Origin: an uncultured Rhodoplanes sp.
GTDB taxonomy: Bacteria > Pseudomonadota > Alphaproteobacteria > Rhizobiales > Xanthobacteraceae
Assembly (NCBI GenBank): GCA_936924235.1
Contig: CAKZHN010000179.1
Span: 15,588-79,587, forward strand
DNA length: 64,000 bases
Reading direction: 5' to 3'
Part shown: positions 40,314 to 50,046 of the stretch, piece after piece
Numbering within the stretch: the first letter of the stretch is position 1
Layout: every line of letters begins with the position of its first letter
Notes under the pieces: generated by a model
What the model was told of the DNA's origin: nothing
Database searches by the model: none
What the model saw: only the letters and a program-made list of their open reading frames with translations
Program-made: the position numbers and the translations under genes

Positions 40314-41084
40314 CTACGTGGCGCGCTTTCGCGCCGCCACAGCGTCTCCGAAGGCGCGAAACAGCTTGCGGTTTACCGGATTCGTCTGCGGATCGTATTC
40401 CGCGTGCCATTGCACGCCGAGCGCAAAGCCAGGCGCGTCGGCGATCCGGATCGCCTCGATGGTGCCGTCGTCGGCCACGCCTTCGACGACGATGCGCTGG
40501 CCCGGATCGAGAATGCCCTGGCCGTGCAGCGAATTGACCCGGATGGTTTTGCAATCGAGCAGCGTCGCGAATGCGCCGCCCGAAACCAGATGCACATCGT
40601 GACGATCGCCGAAGATGACATCGAGATCGGGATGGATTTCGCCGCTTTCCAGTCGCGGCATGCGGTGGTTCACGCGGCCGGGCAGTTCGCGGATCTCGGG
40701 ATGCAGCGAGCCGCCGAAGGCGACGTTCATTTCCTGCAGGCCTCTGCAGATGCCGAACAGCGGTATGCCCCGCTCGACGCAAGTCTGGATCAACGCCAGC
40801 GCCAGCGCATCGCGCTGGAGATCGTAGGGTTCGTATCGCGGATGCGGCTCGGTCCCGAAATGTGTTGGATGGACGTTGGCGCGTCCGCCGGTCAGCAGCA
40901 CGCCGTCGACCGCTTCCAATAGCGCATCGGCGTCCGTGATCTCCGGCGCGCCCGCAAACATCATCGGCAGGGCGCCGGTGCTTTCCGCCACGGCGCGGAG
41001 AATTCGCTCGCTGACAAGCTGGGCCGGAAAGCGCTTTTCGACCAGATGGGCGTTGCCGATCACGCCGATGACGGGCCGCTTCAT
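40314..41084 (-). CDS. Class I glutamine amidotransferase-like hydrolase (PuuD / peptidase C26 family)
   Basis: GICRGLQ nucleophile motif and a conserved His (WHAEY). Confidence 0.75.
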   Translation of the reverse strand: MKRPVIGVIGNAHLVEKRFPAQLVSERILRAVAESTGALPMMFAGAPEITDADALLEAVDGVLLTGGRANVHPTHFGTEPHPRYEPYDLQRDALALALIQTCVERGIPLFGICRGLQEMNVAFGGSLHPEIRELPGRVNHRMPRLESGEIHPDLDVIFGDRHDVHLVSGGAFATLLDCKTIRVNSLHGQGILDPGQRIVVEGVADDGTIEAIRIADAPGFALGVQWHAEYDPQTNPVNRKLFRAFGDAVAARKRAT

Positions 41085-41198
41085 GCTCTGACTTTCAGCA
41101 TCCGTTCGTCGATCTCCGCGAAGACCTCGAAGATTACACTGAAAAACAAACGGCCGGGACAAGCCCGGCCGTCTGGCATTCCTGATATGCGGCGGAGA

Positions 41199-42218
41199 TT
41201 ACTTCACCAGCGTGCGGCCGGTGATCTCCTCGAGATTGCCGTACATGATCGCCTTGCGCTTCTTCTTCGACATGTCGAGACTGTCGAGAATGTTCAGCGT
41301 TTCGCGGATGTAATAGGTGCCCTTCTCAGGATCGAACGGGCAGTCCGACGCGAACACGACCTTCTCGGTCGGATAGAAGGCGAGGCCGCACTCGGTCGCC
41401 GGCTTGCCGCCGAACACCGCGGTGTCGGTGTAGAAGTTTTCCTTGAAGTAGTTCAGCGGCCGCTTCTTCAGCGACTTCTTCAGCTTCTGATAATCCTCAT
41501 CCGAGGTGCGGGCGCCGATCTGGTCCCAGCCCGGGCCGATGCGGCCTTCCAGCATCGGCACGATGCCGCCCATGTGGTGGGTGATGATCTTCAGGTTCGG
41601 ATACTTGTCGAGGATCTTGGAGAACACGAGGCGGGACATCGCGGCGGCGGTCTCATACGACCAGCCGAGAGTCCACCAGATCTCGTACTTCGACTTCGGC
41701 TCCGAAGCGTAGTCGGAGAACGCCGCGGTGCGCGACGGATGCATCCAGATCGGTGTCTTGGTCTTGTTCATCGCCTTCCAGAACGGCTCGAAGTCCGGAT
41801 GGTCGATCGGCTTGCCGGCGACGTTGGTGTAGATCTGCACGCCGAGCGCGCCCATCTTCATCGCGCGTGCGGCCTCGCGGACGCCGCAGTCCGGCGCCGC
41901 CATCGGCGCCTGCGCCACCCAGCCCGGGAAATGGTCGGGATGCTGGGCGCAGAGCTCGGCGAAGCCGTCATTGACGATCTTGGCGTATTCCTCGGTCTCC
42001 TTGCCGTTCTTGGTCATCAGTTCGAACGGAGGCATCGGATAGGACAGGACCTGGGCGTAGTCCTTGAACTTGTCGACCACCTTGAGCCGGACCTTGACGT
42101 CGTAGATCGACGGCACGCCCATCATGCGCTTGCCGATGTCCTTGTGATTGCCCGCGGACATCACCTCCTTGAAGAAGCGCGTCGGAATGAAATGGGTGTA
42201 GGCGTCAACTCGCATCAT
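41199..42218 (-). CDS. Amidohydrolase_2 family decarboxylase/hydrolase (ACMSD / LigW-like)
   Basis: N-terminal RVDAYTHFIP metal-binding motif; DCPFD near the C-terminus. Confidence 0.75.
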   Translation of the reverse strand: MMRVDAYTHFIPTRFFKEVMSAGNHKDIGKRMMGVPSIYDVKVRLKVVDKFKDYAQVLSYPMPPFELMTKNGKETEEYAKIVNDGFAELCAQHPDHFPGWVAQAPMAAPDCGVREAARAMKMGALGVQIYTNVAGKPIDHPDFEPFWKAMNKTKTPIWMHPSRTAAFSDYASEPKSKYEIWWTLGWSYETAAAMSRLVFSKILDKYPNLKIITHHMGGIVPMLEGRIGPGWDQIGARTSDEDYQKLKKSLKKRPLNYFKENFYTDTAVFGGKPATECGLAFYPTEKVVFASDCPFDPEKGTYYIRETLNILDSLDMSKKKRKAIMYGNLEEITGRTLVK

Positions 42219-42349
42219 ATCGGGGATTCCTCCAGGAACGGGTTGGCGCTTTCTTTATAGCGGCGGCGGGATTTGTCGAGGGGGTAGGTGTTCTGGCGGG
42301 TCCGCGCCCCGGTTCTTCCTGGCGGTATGGCCGGGGCGCGGGCCGGAAT

Positions 42350-44068
42350 TTACGGCGGGCAAACCACGTTGAGCAGCGCCTGGCGCTTTTCCTTGAGCAC
42401 CACGTCGCGGGCCCGGATCAGCGCTGCGGGCAGCTCGGAGGCCTTCTCGACCCGCTCGCCGTGGCCGCCCTGGGCCTTCACCGTCGCCTCGAAGGCCGGG
42501 CTCGGCGACAGATCGGCCATGAACTTGCCGCCGTCCTGGCCGGCCACGCCGTCCTTGAACATCGACATGGTGGCGCCGCGCACCGCGCCATAGAGGCTGT
42601 TGTTGAACACGATGGTCAGGATGGGCAGCTTGTGCACGTCCGACACCCAGTGGGCCACCATGGGATTGGAGAACATGTAGGCGCCGTCGCCCAAGGTCGC
42701 GACCACGAGCTTCTCAGGCGCTGCGAGCTTGGCGCCAAGCGCCGCGCCGAAGCCCCAGCCGAGCCCGCCCGCGGCCGAGAGGCCGTAGAACGTGTCGGGC
42801 TTCTCGCGTGAAATCTGCTCCTGGATCAGCGAGTATTCGTTGAAGAGGACGGCGTCCTCGCCGATGGTCTCGCCGATTAGCCGGCTCAAATACGCGAAGT
42901 TGATCTTGTCGCCAGCGGGCGTCGCGGATGCCTTGGCCAGCGCCTCCTTGCGCTTTCTGTTGAACTCGGCGGCGCGGGTGCGCCGCGCGGCGATCTTCGC
43001 CTCCGGGATCGGATGCCTGGCGAGCGCCGGCTCCAGTGCCTCCAGCGCGCGTGCGGTGTTCGACGTGATGGCGAGATCGCTCGGGAAGCTCCGCATCGGA
43101 TAACGGCGGAACGTCGGGTCTTCGCCGATGGTGGCGAAGCGGCAGTCGGGCCGCGGATGCTGCTCGTTCGGGATCCACGGCACGTCGGCATCCATGACGA
43201 TGACGAGGTCGGCCTCCTGCAGGAGCCCCTGGGGGTCGTAGCCCATGTGCATGGGATGGCTCGAGGGCAGGCATACGACGCGCTGGCGCTGCGTCACGAC
43301 TGGCAGCGCGTATTTATCGGCGATGTGGCCAAGCGGGCCCATGGCCTCGGCGCCGCTCGCCGTGGTGATGATGAGCGGCTTCTCGGCCGTGGCGATCCAT
43401 TCGGCCAGTGTCGCAATCAGCGACGGATCGGGATGCGGCATCGCCGGCACGGCGCGCGGCTTCACCGGCCCGAGCGGTTCGGGCATCGGTGCCGCCAGCG
43501 GTTCGCGCGGCAACGAGAGGTAAACCGGCGCGCGCGGGCTCGTCATGGTCTGTTCATAGGCGCGCGACACCACGTCGGTGATCTGCTCGGGCACGCGCAG
43601 CTCGTAGTCCCACTTCACGACCTCGCGCAGCATCCCGGCCTGGTCGAACATCTCCTGGCCCCAGTGGATGTAGCGGTTGCGGCCGCCGAACTTGCCCTTC
43701 TCGGTGATCGGCGTGCGACCCGCTGCCAGAATTACCGGGACGTTGTCGCGGCTCATGTTGATCAGGTTGTTGATCGCGTTCGCGGTGCCCACGTTGACGT
43801 GCAGCATCACGGCCGCCGGCCGTCCGGTCATCGCGTAGGAGCCGTGCGCCATCGCGACCGCGAGGTTCTCGTGCGGGATCACCAGCGGCGTCGGCACCTT
43901 GGCGTTCGACTGCTTGGCGCGACTGAAGGCCTCGACCACCGGCGGGAAATCGGTGCCCGGATTGGCGAAGAAATAGTCGACGCCGTGGTCGGCGAGCGCC
44001 CGCAGGAAGGCTTCTCCGGCGATCGGTGGGCGGCCCTGTTCTTCGGCGCGTTGCGGCTGTGAGGCCAT
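42350..44068 (-). CDS. Thiamine pyrophosphate-dependent enzyme (acetolactate synthase large-subunit-like family)
   Basis: Three-domain TPP fold; GDGAYMFSN matches the TPP-binding GDG-X24-N motif; AAGGA RBS. Confidence 0.8.
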   Translation of the reverse strand: MASQPQRAEEQGRPPIAGEAFLRALADHGVDYFFANPGTDFPPVVEAFSRAKQSNAKVPTPLVIPHENLAVAMAHGSYAMTGRPAAVMLHVNVGTANAINNLINMSRDNVPVILAAGRTPITEKGKFGGRNRYIHWGQEMFDQAGMLREVVKWDYELRVPEQITDVVSRAYEQTMTSPRAPVYLSLPREPLAAPMPEPLGPVKPRAVPAMPHPDPSLIATLAEWIATAEKPLIITTASGAEAMGPLGHIADKYALPVVTQRQRVVCLPSSHPMHMGYDPQGLLQEADLVIVMDADVPWIPNEQHPRPDCRFATIGEDPTFRRYPMRSFPSDLAITSNTARALEALEPALARHPIPEAKIAARRTRAAEFNRKRKEALAKASATPAGDKINFAYLSRLIGETIGEDAVLFNEYSLIQEQISREKPDTFYGLSAAGGLGWGFGAALGAKLAAPEKLVVATLGDGAYMFSNPMVAHWVSDVHKLPILTIVFNNSLYGAVRGATMSMFKDGVAGQDGGKFMADLSPSPAFEATVKAQGGHGERVEKASELPAALIRARDVVLKEKRQALLNVVCPP

Positions 44069-44134
44069 GATTTTGATCCTTTGCTGCTGGCGTGGTCGGA
44101 TCATAGCCGCGCGGTGAGACGTAAAGCCAGCCGC

Positions 44135-44275
44135 CCGTGTCCCGGGCGCGGCGCAGCACGAAGTGATGCGCCGCAGACCCGGGACCCCGGATTCTTTCTT
44201 TTTGCTGATAGCAACCGGGGTCCCGGATCAGCGATGCACCGCTTCGCGCTGCATCGCATCCGGGACACGTGGGGA
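44135..44275. repeat. REP-like palindromic element, family A
   Basis: gtgtcccgggcgcggcgcagcacgaagtgatgcgccgcagacccgggacc...catccgggacacg; copy of 5413-5546. Confidence 0.55.
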
Positions 44276-44286
44276 GAGAGCCCGCT

Positions 44287-45594
44287 TCACATATGCGACG
44301 GCAGCCAGAGCGCGATGATCGGGAAGCTGATCAGGATTACAAGCCGCAGCAGGTCGGTGAGGATGAACGGGATCACACCGTAGAAGATCGTCGAGAAATT
44401 GATGTCGCCGATCACGCTCTTGATCACGAATACGATCATGCCGACTGGCGGATGAATGAGGCCGAGCTCCACTGTCATCACGATGATCACGCCGAACCAG
44501 ATCGGGTCGAAACCGAGCTCCTTGATCACCGGGAAGATGATCGGCACCGTCAGGATCACCATGGCGAGTGCGTCCATCAGGCAGCCGAGCACGATGTACA
44601 TCACCATGATCAGCGCCAGCACGCCGTAGCTGCCGATGCCCAATCCGGTGAGGAACGCCGTGACGTTCTGCGGCGTCTGCGTCACGGTCAGGAAATAGCC
44701 GAACAGCAGCGCGCCGATCAGCACCGTGAACACCGCGGCCGCGGTGCGGGTCGCCTGCAACAGCGAGCGGCGGATTTCGCTCGGGCCTAGCCGTCCGCGC
44801 AGCACGCCGACGATGAGGGCGCCGCCGGCGCCGACGCCGCCCGCCTCAGTCGGCGTGAACAGCCCGCCATAGAGCCCGCCGATCACGAAGCAGAACAGCA
44901 GCAGCATCGCCCAGATGTCGCGCAGCCCCTTGAGCCGCTCCGGCCACGAACTGCGCGGGCCGGCCGGCAGATAGCCCGGCCGCGCCCAGCCGATGATTGC
45001 AACCGTGGTCATGTACATCGAGGCGGCGAGGATGCCAGGCAGGACGCCGGCGATGAACAGCTTGCCGATGTCCTGCTCGGTGATGATGCCGTAGACCGCG
45101 AGCACCGTGGACGGCGGCAGCATCGCGCCGAGCGTGCCGCCGGCTGCAATCACGCCGGCCGCAAAGGATTGCGGATAGCCGTAGCGCCGCATCTCCGGAT
45201 AGGCCACGGTCGAGAACGTCGCCGCGGTCGCGACCGACGAGCCGGAGATCGCGGCAAAGCCGCCGCAGGCTGCAATGGTGGCGATGCCGAGCCCGCCGCG
45301 CCGGTGTCCCAGGAACGTGTTGGCGGCGCGGAACAGCTCCTGGCTCATGCCCGAGTTGGTGACGAACGCGCCCATCAGCAGGAACATCGGGATGACGCCG
45401 AAGGTGTAGTCGGTCACCGTCCGCATCGAGGTGTGACCGATGATCTTGAGCGCCGCGTCGCCGTTGACCAGATACGCAAAGCCGCCGACGCCGACGAGGC
45501 CCATCGCCATGCCGACCGGCACGCGCATCAGCATCAGCGAGAACAGCACCACGAAACCAAGAACTGCGACTGTTTCGCTGCCCACGATGCTCAC
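44287..45594 (-). CDS. dctM: TRAP transporter large permease
   Basis: 12-TM DctM family; 4-nt overlap with dctQ. Confidence 0.9.
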   Translation of the reverse strand: MSIVGSETVAVLGFVVLFSLMLMRVPVGMAMGLVGVGGFAYLVNGDAALKIIGHTSMRTVTDYTFGVIPMFLLMGAFVTNSGMSQELFRAANTFLGHRRGGLGIATIAACGGFAAISGSSVATAATFSTVAYPEMRRYGYPQSFAAGVIAAGGTLGAMLPPSTVLAVYGIITEQDIGKLFIAGVLPGILAASMYMTTVAIIGWARPGYLPAGPRSSWPERLKGLRDIWAMLLLFCFVIGGLYGGLFTPTEAGGVGAGGALIVGVLRGRLGPSEIRRSLLQATRTAAAVFTVLIGALLFGYFLTVTQTPQNVTAFLTGLGIGSYGVLALIMVMYIVLGCLMDALAMVILTVPIIFPVIKELGFDPIWFGVIIVMTVELGLIHPPVGMIVFVIKSVIGDINFSTIFYGVIPFILTDLLRLVILISFPIIALWLPSHM

Positions 45595-46154
45595 TCGACC
45601 GGCTTGATCTGGTACTGGGACCCGAACTCGTCCGGCTGGAAGATCAGCCGGTAGGTGCGGATCGCGATCAGCAGCACCGCGGACACGTCGCCGAGCCAGG
45701 CGACCAGGAAGAACGGCCAGGTCGGCAGTCGCAGATCGAAGGTCAGCACATGGTCGGCCTTGGTGGTCCAGACCTTGTCGTAGAGCGTGTAGGTCTGCAC
45801 CGTGACGACGAACAGCAGAACCAGCGTCGCGAACACGTCGATGAAGCGTTTGAACTTCGGCCCGACATTGGCATAGAGCAGATCGACCGTGATGTGCGTG
45901 CCGCGATAGCTCGTCGCGGCGATGCCCCAGAAGATCAGGATGCCGAGCAGCAGCCGGCCGAAGTCATACGCATCCGGAATCTGCACGCTGAAGAAGTAGC
46001 GCAGCATCACCGAGATGAAGATGTCGGCCGCGACGATGCCGACGAAGCCCGCGGCGATCAGCTCGATGGTGTCGATCAGCCAGTTCATCGGCCCGCGCGG
46101 TCCGTGCGCGCCGGTCTCCGTTGACTGCTCGGTGATGGGATTGCCGCCGGACAT
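45591..46154 (-). CDS. dctQ: TRAP transporter small permease
   Basis: 4-TM DctQ; start at MSGGNP with an AAGGTAAGG RBS. Confidence 0.75.
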   Translation of the reverse strand: MSGGNPITEQSTETGAHGPRGPMNWLIDTIELIAAGFVGIVAADIFISVMLRYFFSVQIPDAYDFGRLLLGILIFWGIAATSYRGTHITVDLLYANVGPKFKRFIDVFATLVLLFVVTVQTYTLYDKVWTTKADHVLTFDLRLPTWPFFLVAWLGDVSAVLLIAIRTYRLIFQPDEFGSQYQIKPVE

Positions 46155-46175
46155 GGCCTTACCTTGAAACAACAA

Positions 46176-46200
46176 CGGCAGCGGATGAGATCCGCTGCCG
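46176..46200 (-). promoter_or_regulatory. Intercistronic stem-loop between dctP and dctQ (possible attenuator or partial terminator)
   Basis: cggcagcgga-tgaga-tccgctgccg; on the mRNA strand it is followed by uuguuguuuc. Confidence 0.45.
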
Positions 46201-46221
46201 TTGTTCTGATTGCGCCCGCCG

Positions 46222-47256
46222 CTAGAACCCCGCGTGATATTGCGCGAGCGCGGCCTGCAGCTCCTTCATGATCGCGTCGGGATCGCCGCCGGCCTTCTTC
46301 ACGTCATCGGCCCACTTCTGCTTGAGCGGCTCGGCCGACTTCTTCCACTCGGCGAGCTGCTCGTTGCTGATGGTGTAGACCTCGTGGCCCGGCATCGCCT
46401 TGATCTTCTCGATGCCGGAGTGCTCGAAGTCGGCCCAGGGATCGGCGAACTTGGCGGCCCAGTCGGTGGTGCAGTGGTCGTCGATCACCTTCTTCTGCGC
46501 CGCCGACATGGCGTTGTAGGTGCGCGGGCTCATCAGCCACTGGAACATCACCGAGCCGAGCGGCGCGTCCATGTGATACTTGGTGACCTTGTCGACGCCG
46601 AGCAGCGGCACCGAGCCCCACGGGAAGGTCACGGCCTCGGCCACGCCCTTCTCCAGCACGTCGCGCACCTCGGTGGCGCTGGCCTGCACGTTGGTGCCGC
46701 CAAGCAGCGTCATCCACGCCGCGACCGTCGCCTGGGCCGGCCTGATTTTCATGCCCTTGATGTCGGACGGCACCATGATCTTCTTGGACTTGGAGTGCCA
46801 CGCCAGCGGATCGAGCACGAAGGAGAAGCAGTACTTCACGTCCTTCATCTCGGCCGCGGCGTATTTGCGATACCACACGTCGATCGCGCGGTTTCCGCCC
46901 TTGGCCTGGCCGACCACGAAGGGCAGTTCGCCGGCTGCGATGATCGGAAAGCGGCCCGGCTGGTAGCCCGGATTGACGTAGGTGAAGTCGGCGATGCCGT
47001 CACGCGCCATGTCGTAATGATCGAACGCCTTGCCGAGCTGCTGCGACGGGAAGATCTTGTACTTGATGGTGCCGCCTGAGGCCTTCTCGACGTCGGCGCC
47101 CCATTCCTCCATCGCCTTCTGCAGCGGATGTGTCGGCGGCACCCAGTGCGAGAGCTTGAGCTCGATGGTCTTGTCCTGGGCGTGCGCTGCTGGAGTGGTA
47201 AGGGCGAGCGCCAAAGCCACAGCTGGCGCGAATTTCAGCATCGCTGAAAGCGTCAT
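46222..47256 (-). CDS. dctP: TRAP transporter substrate-binding protein
   Basis: Signal peptide; DctP-family SBP. Confidence 0.85.
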   Translation of the reverse strand: MTLSAMLKFAPAVALALALTTPAAHAQDKTIELKLSHWVPPTHPLQKAMEEWGADVEKASGGTIKYKIFPSQQLGKAFDHYDMARDGIADFTYVNPGYQPGRFPIIAAGELPFVVGQAKGGNRAIDVWYRKYAAAEMKDVKYCFSFVLDPLAWHSKSKKIMVPSDIKGMKIRPAQATVAAWMTLLGGTNVQASATEVRDVLEKGVAEAVTFPWGSVPLLGVDKVTKYHMDAPLGSVMFQWLMSPRTYNAMSAAQKKVIDDHCTTDWAAKFADPWADFEHSGIEKIKAMPGHEVYTISNEQLAEWKKSAEPLKQKWADDVKKAGGDPDAIMKELQAALAQYHAGF

Positions 47257-47442
47257 TTCCGGTTCCTCCCTTGGTCGGCCTTCGGGCCGGGTGTTGGTTT
47301 CAAGGCCAACTTTTGCTTGGATTGAGCCTCAGAAGCCTGCTGATGTAAAGGAAGGCCGCCGGTCATTTTCCGGGAAAACACGTCCCTGGATAAAGCCTGG
47401 AACTTGGTTTATGGCTGCGCCGCCGCAGCGGCCCCGGAGGGG

Positions 47443-48498
47443 ATGTTGAAAGTCGACAGCGTGAAGCCACCGAAAGCGGCCGCCGATCCCGCGTCGCTGC
47501 ATAAAAAGATGATGCAGCTTCTGTCGAGCCTTTGGGTGACGCACGCCATCGGTTCGTTCGCGCGGATGGGCTTGGCCGATGCCATGGAGGCGGGCGGCGA
47601 CAACGCCGAGGCGCTGGCCAAGGCGCGCGGGCTCGTGCCCGACCGGGTCTATCGGTTGCTGCGCGCGCTCTCGACGGTGGGCATCGTCACGGAATCGGCC
47701 GGCGGCCGTTTCGCGCTGACGCCGCTCGGCCGCATGCTCACGTCAAATGCGCCGAACTCGATGCGGACCTCGGCCGAGCTGCTGACCGAATACAACGGCG
47801 AGATCTGGAGCAAGCTCGACGGCGCGCTGGCGGGCGGCATCGCGTTCGAGGCGTTGAAGGGCAAGGAATTGTTCGACTGGCTGCACACCAATCCGAAGGA
47901 AGGCGCGCGCTTCCAGCGCATGATGGTCGAGGTGCATTCGCCGGAGACGCCGGCGATCGTCGCGGCCTACGACTTTGGCCAGTTCAAGCGCATCGTCGAT
48001 GTCGGCGGCGGCCACGGCATGCTGTTGTCGGCGATTCTGGCCGCGCATCCGGGCGTGCACGGCACGCTGTTCGATCTTCAGGAAGGCATCGAGGCCGCGC
48101 GGCGCGGCGAGGGCGGCCCGTTGCCCGGCGTGTCCTTCATTCCCGGCAACGTGTTCGAGTTCGTGCCGGAGGGCGCGGATGCCTACCTGTTCCGGCACCT
48201 CCTGCACGACTACGACGACGACGACTGCCTGAAGATGCTCACCAACGTGCGGCGCGCCATGAAGCCGACGTCGCGTGTCATCGTGCTGGAAAAGACCGTG
48301 CCGACCGACGACACGCCGAGCCCGGGCCGCTGGCTCGACCTGCACGTCATGCTGCTCACCGGCGGCCGCGAGCGCACCGTGCCGGAGTATGAGGCGCTGT
48401 TCGACAAGGCCGGGCTCAAGCTCAGCCGGGTGCTGCCGACCGCGCATCCCGCTGTCGAAGTGATCGAAGTCGTCGCCGCCGACGCGCGGCCGGCCTGA
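47443..48498 (+). CDS. Class I SAM-dependent O-methyltransferase (with a dimerisation domain)
   Basis: VDVGGGHG SAM motif I and an N-terminal winged-helix dimerisation region; start uncertain (47443 or 47509). Confidence 0.7.
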   Translation: MLKVDSVKPPKAAADPASLHKKMMQLLSSLWVTHAIGSFARMGLADAMEAGGDNAEALAKARGLVPDRVYRLLRALSTVGIVTESAGGRFALTPLGRMLTSNAPNSMRTSAELLTEYNGEIWSKLDGALAGGIAFEALKGKELFDWLHTNPKEGARFQRMMVEVHSPETPAIVAAYDFGQFKRIVDVGGGHGMLLSAILAAHPGVHGTLFDLQEGIEAARRGEGGPLPGVSFIPGNVFEFVPEGADAYLFRHLLHDYDDDDCLKMLTNVRRAMKPTSRVIVLEKTVPTDDTPSPGRWLDLHVMLLTGGRERTVPEYEALFDKAGLKLSRVLPTAHPAVEVIEVVAADARPA

Positions 48499-48513
48499 CG
48501 CGCCGTTTATCCG

Positions 48514-50046
48514 ATGAACGCGGTCGAATATTGCCTGCTGAACGGGTTGAAGGTCGCCGGACCCGACCACCCGGCGCTCCTGAGCGCCGGCGAGACGCTG
48601 AGCTATGGCGCGCTGGCGGTGCGGGTCGGCCAGTTCGCGGCGGGCTTGAGCGAGGCGGGTGTTCAGCCCAACGATCGCGTGGGCATGATGATGCTCGACA
48701 CGCCGGACATCATCACGCTGCATCTCGGCGCGATGGCGGCGGGCGCCATCGCGGTCGCGATGTCGAACCGGGCCTCGCCTGAAGAGCTCACGCAGATTCT
48801 GGTGATCGTGCAGCCCGCGGTGCTGGTGATCGACGCGGAGTTCGTCGAGACCGCCAAGGTCGCGATTGCGATGGCGTCGCCGCAAACCAAGCTGATGTAC
48901 CGCGACGGCGAACTCGCGGCCTGGAAGAGCAAGCCCGCCGCGCCGCTCGTTCCCGTGCCGCGCAAGCCCAGCGATCCGGCGTTCTGGGTGATGACCTCGG
49001 GCACCACCGGCGTCCCCAAGGCGGTCGAGCACCACCACCGCAATGTCGGCATCAGCGCGCGCTATTACGAAGAGGTGCTGGGCTGTACCAAGGCGGACCG
49101 GCTGTTCGCGACCTCGCGCTTTCACTTCGCCTACGCCATCGGCAACAGCTTCGCGGCGCTGCGCATGGGCGCCGGCAACGTGCTGCTGGAGCGCTGGGCC
49201 ACCGAACGGTCGGTCGCCGATACCGTCGACCACTTCAAGCCGACGGTTCTGTTGAGCGTGCCGGCGGTCTATCATCGGCTCCTGGAAGCAGGACTGCCGC
49301 AGACGCCGTCGTTTCGTGCGCTGCGCTACTTCGTGTCGGCGGGCGAGCGCCTGCCGCCGCAGATCTGGAGCGCCTGGGAAGCGGCGTCAGGCCATCCGAT
49401 CCTCGATGGGCTCGGCTGTTCGGAGCTGGTGTACATGGTGATCGGCAACACGCCCCGTGAGCGCAAGCCCGGCTCGTCCGGCCATGCCATGCCGGGTGTC
49501 GAGCTTCGCATCGTCGGCGACGACGGCGCCGTGCTCGCCGAGCCCGATACGGCGGGGCGGCTCGAGGTCCGCATGTCCTCGGTCTGCGAGGGCTATCGCT
49601 CGGCGGGTGACGCGACGCGGCCGCCGGAACGGCCGGTCGATCGCTTCAAATCCGACGGCTGGTTCTCGACCGGTGACGAATACACCCGCGACGCCGACGG
49701 CTTCTATCACCACCGTGGCCGCACCGGAGACATCCTGCGCGTCTCCGGCCTCTGGGTGTCGCCGGCCGAGATCGAGGACGCGCTGGCGGGCATTCCGAAT
49801 ATCGTCGAAAGCGCCGCGGTGCTGGGCGAGAACGAAATCGGTCTCGCCGAGATCGTGCTCTACATCGTGCCGGCGCCAAGCGCCGATGCTCCGGCCGCGA
49901 TGAAGGCGGCACGCGAGCGGCTGTCGCAGACGCTGCCGCGCTACAAGCAGCCGCGGCGGTTCGAGACCATCAAGGATCTGCCCCGCACCGCCACCGGCAA
50001 GGTGCAGCGTCACAAGCTGCGCGAGCGGCTGCGGCACGATCCTTGA
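48514..50046 (+). CDS. AMP-dependent aryl/acyl-CoA ligase (benzoate-CoA ligase-like)
   Basis: TSGTTGVPKAV AMP-binding motif and a C-terminal GKVQRHKLRE. Confidence 0.8.
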   Translation: MNAVEYCLLNGLKVAGPDHPALLSAGETLSYGALAVRVGQFAAGLSEAGVQPNDRVGMMMLDTPDIITLHLGAMAAGAIAVAMSNRASPEELTQILVIVQPAVLVIDAEFVETAKVAIAMASPQTKLMYRDGELAAWKSKPAAPLVPVPRKPSDPAFWVMTSGTTGVPKAVEHHHRNVGISARYYEEVLGCTKADRLFATSRFHFAYAIGNSFAALRMGAGNVLLERWATERSVADTVDHFKPTVLLSVPAVYHRLLEAGLPQTPSFRALRYFVSAGERLPPQIWSAWEAASGHPILDGLGCSELVYMVIGNTPRERKPGSSGHAMPGVELRIVGDDGAVLAEPDTAGRLEVRMSSVCEGYRSAGDATRPPERPVDRFKSDGWFSTGDEYTRDADGFYHHRGRTGDILRVSGLWVSPAEIEDALAGIPNIVESAAVLGENEIGLAEIVLYIVPAPSADAPAAMKAARERLSQTLPRYKQPRRFETIKDLPRTATGKVQRHKLRERLRHDP

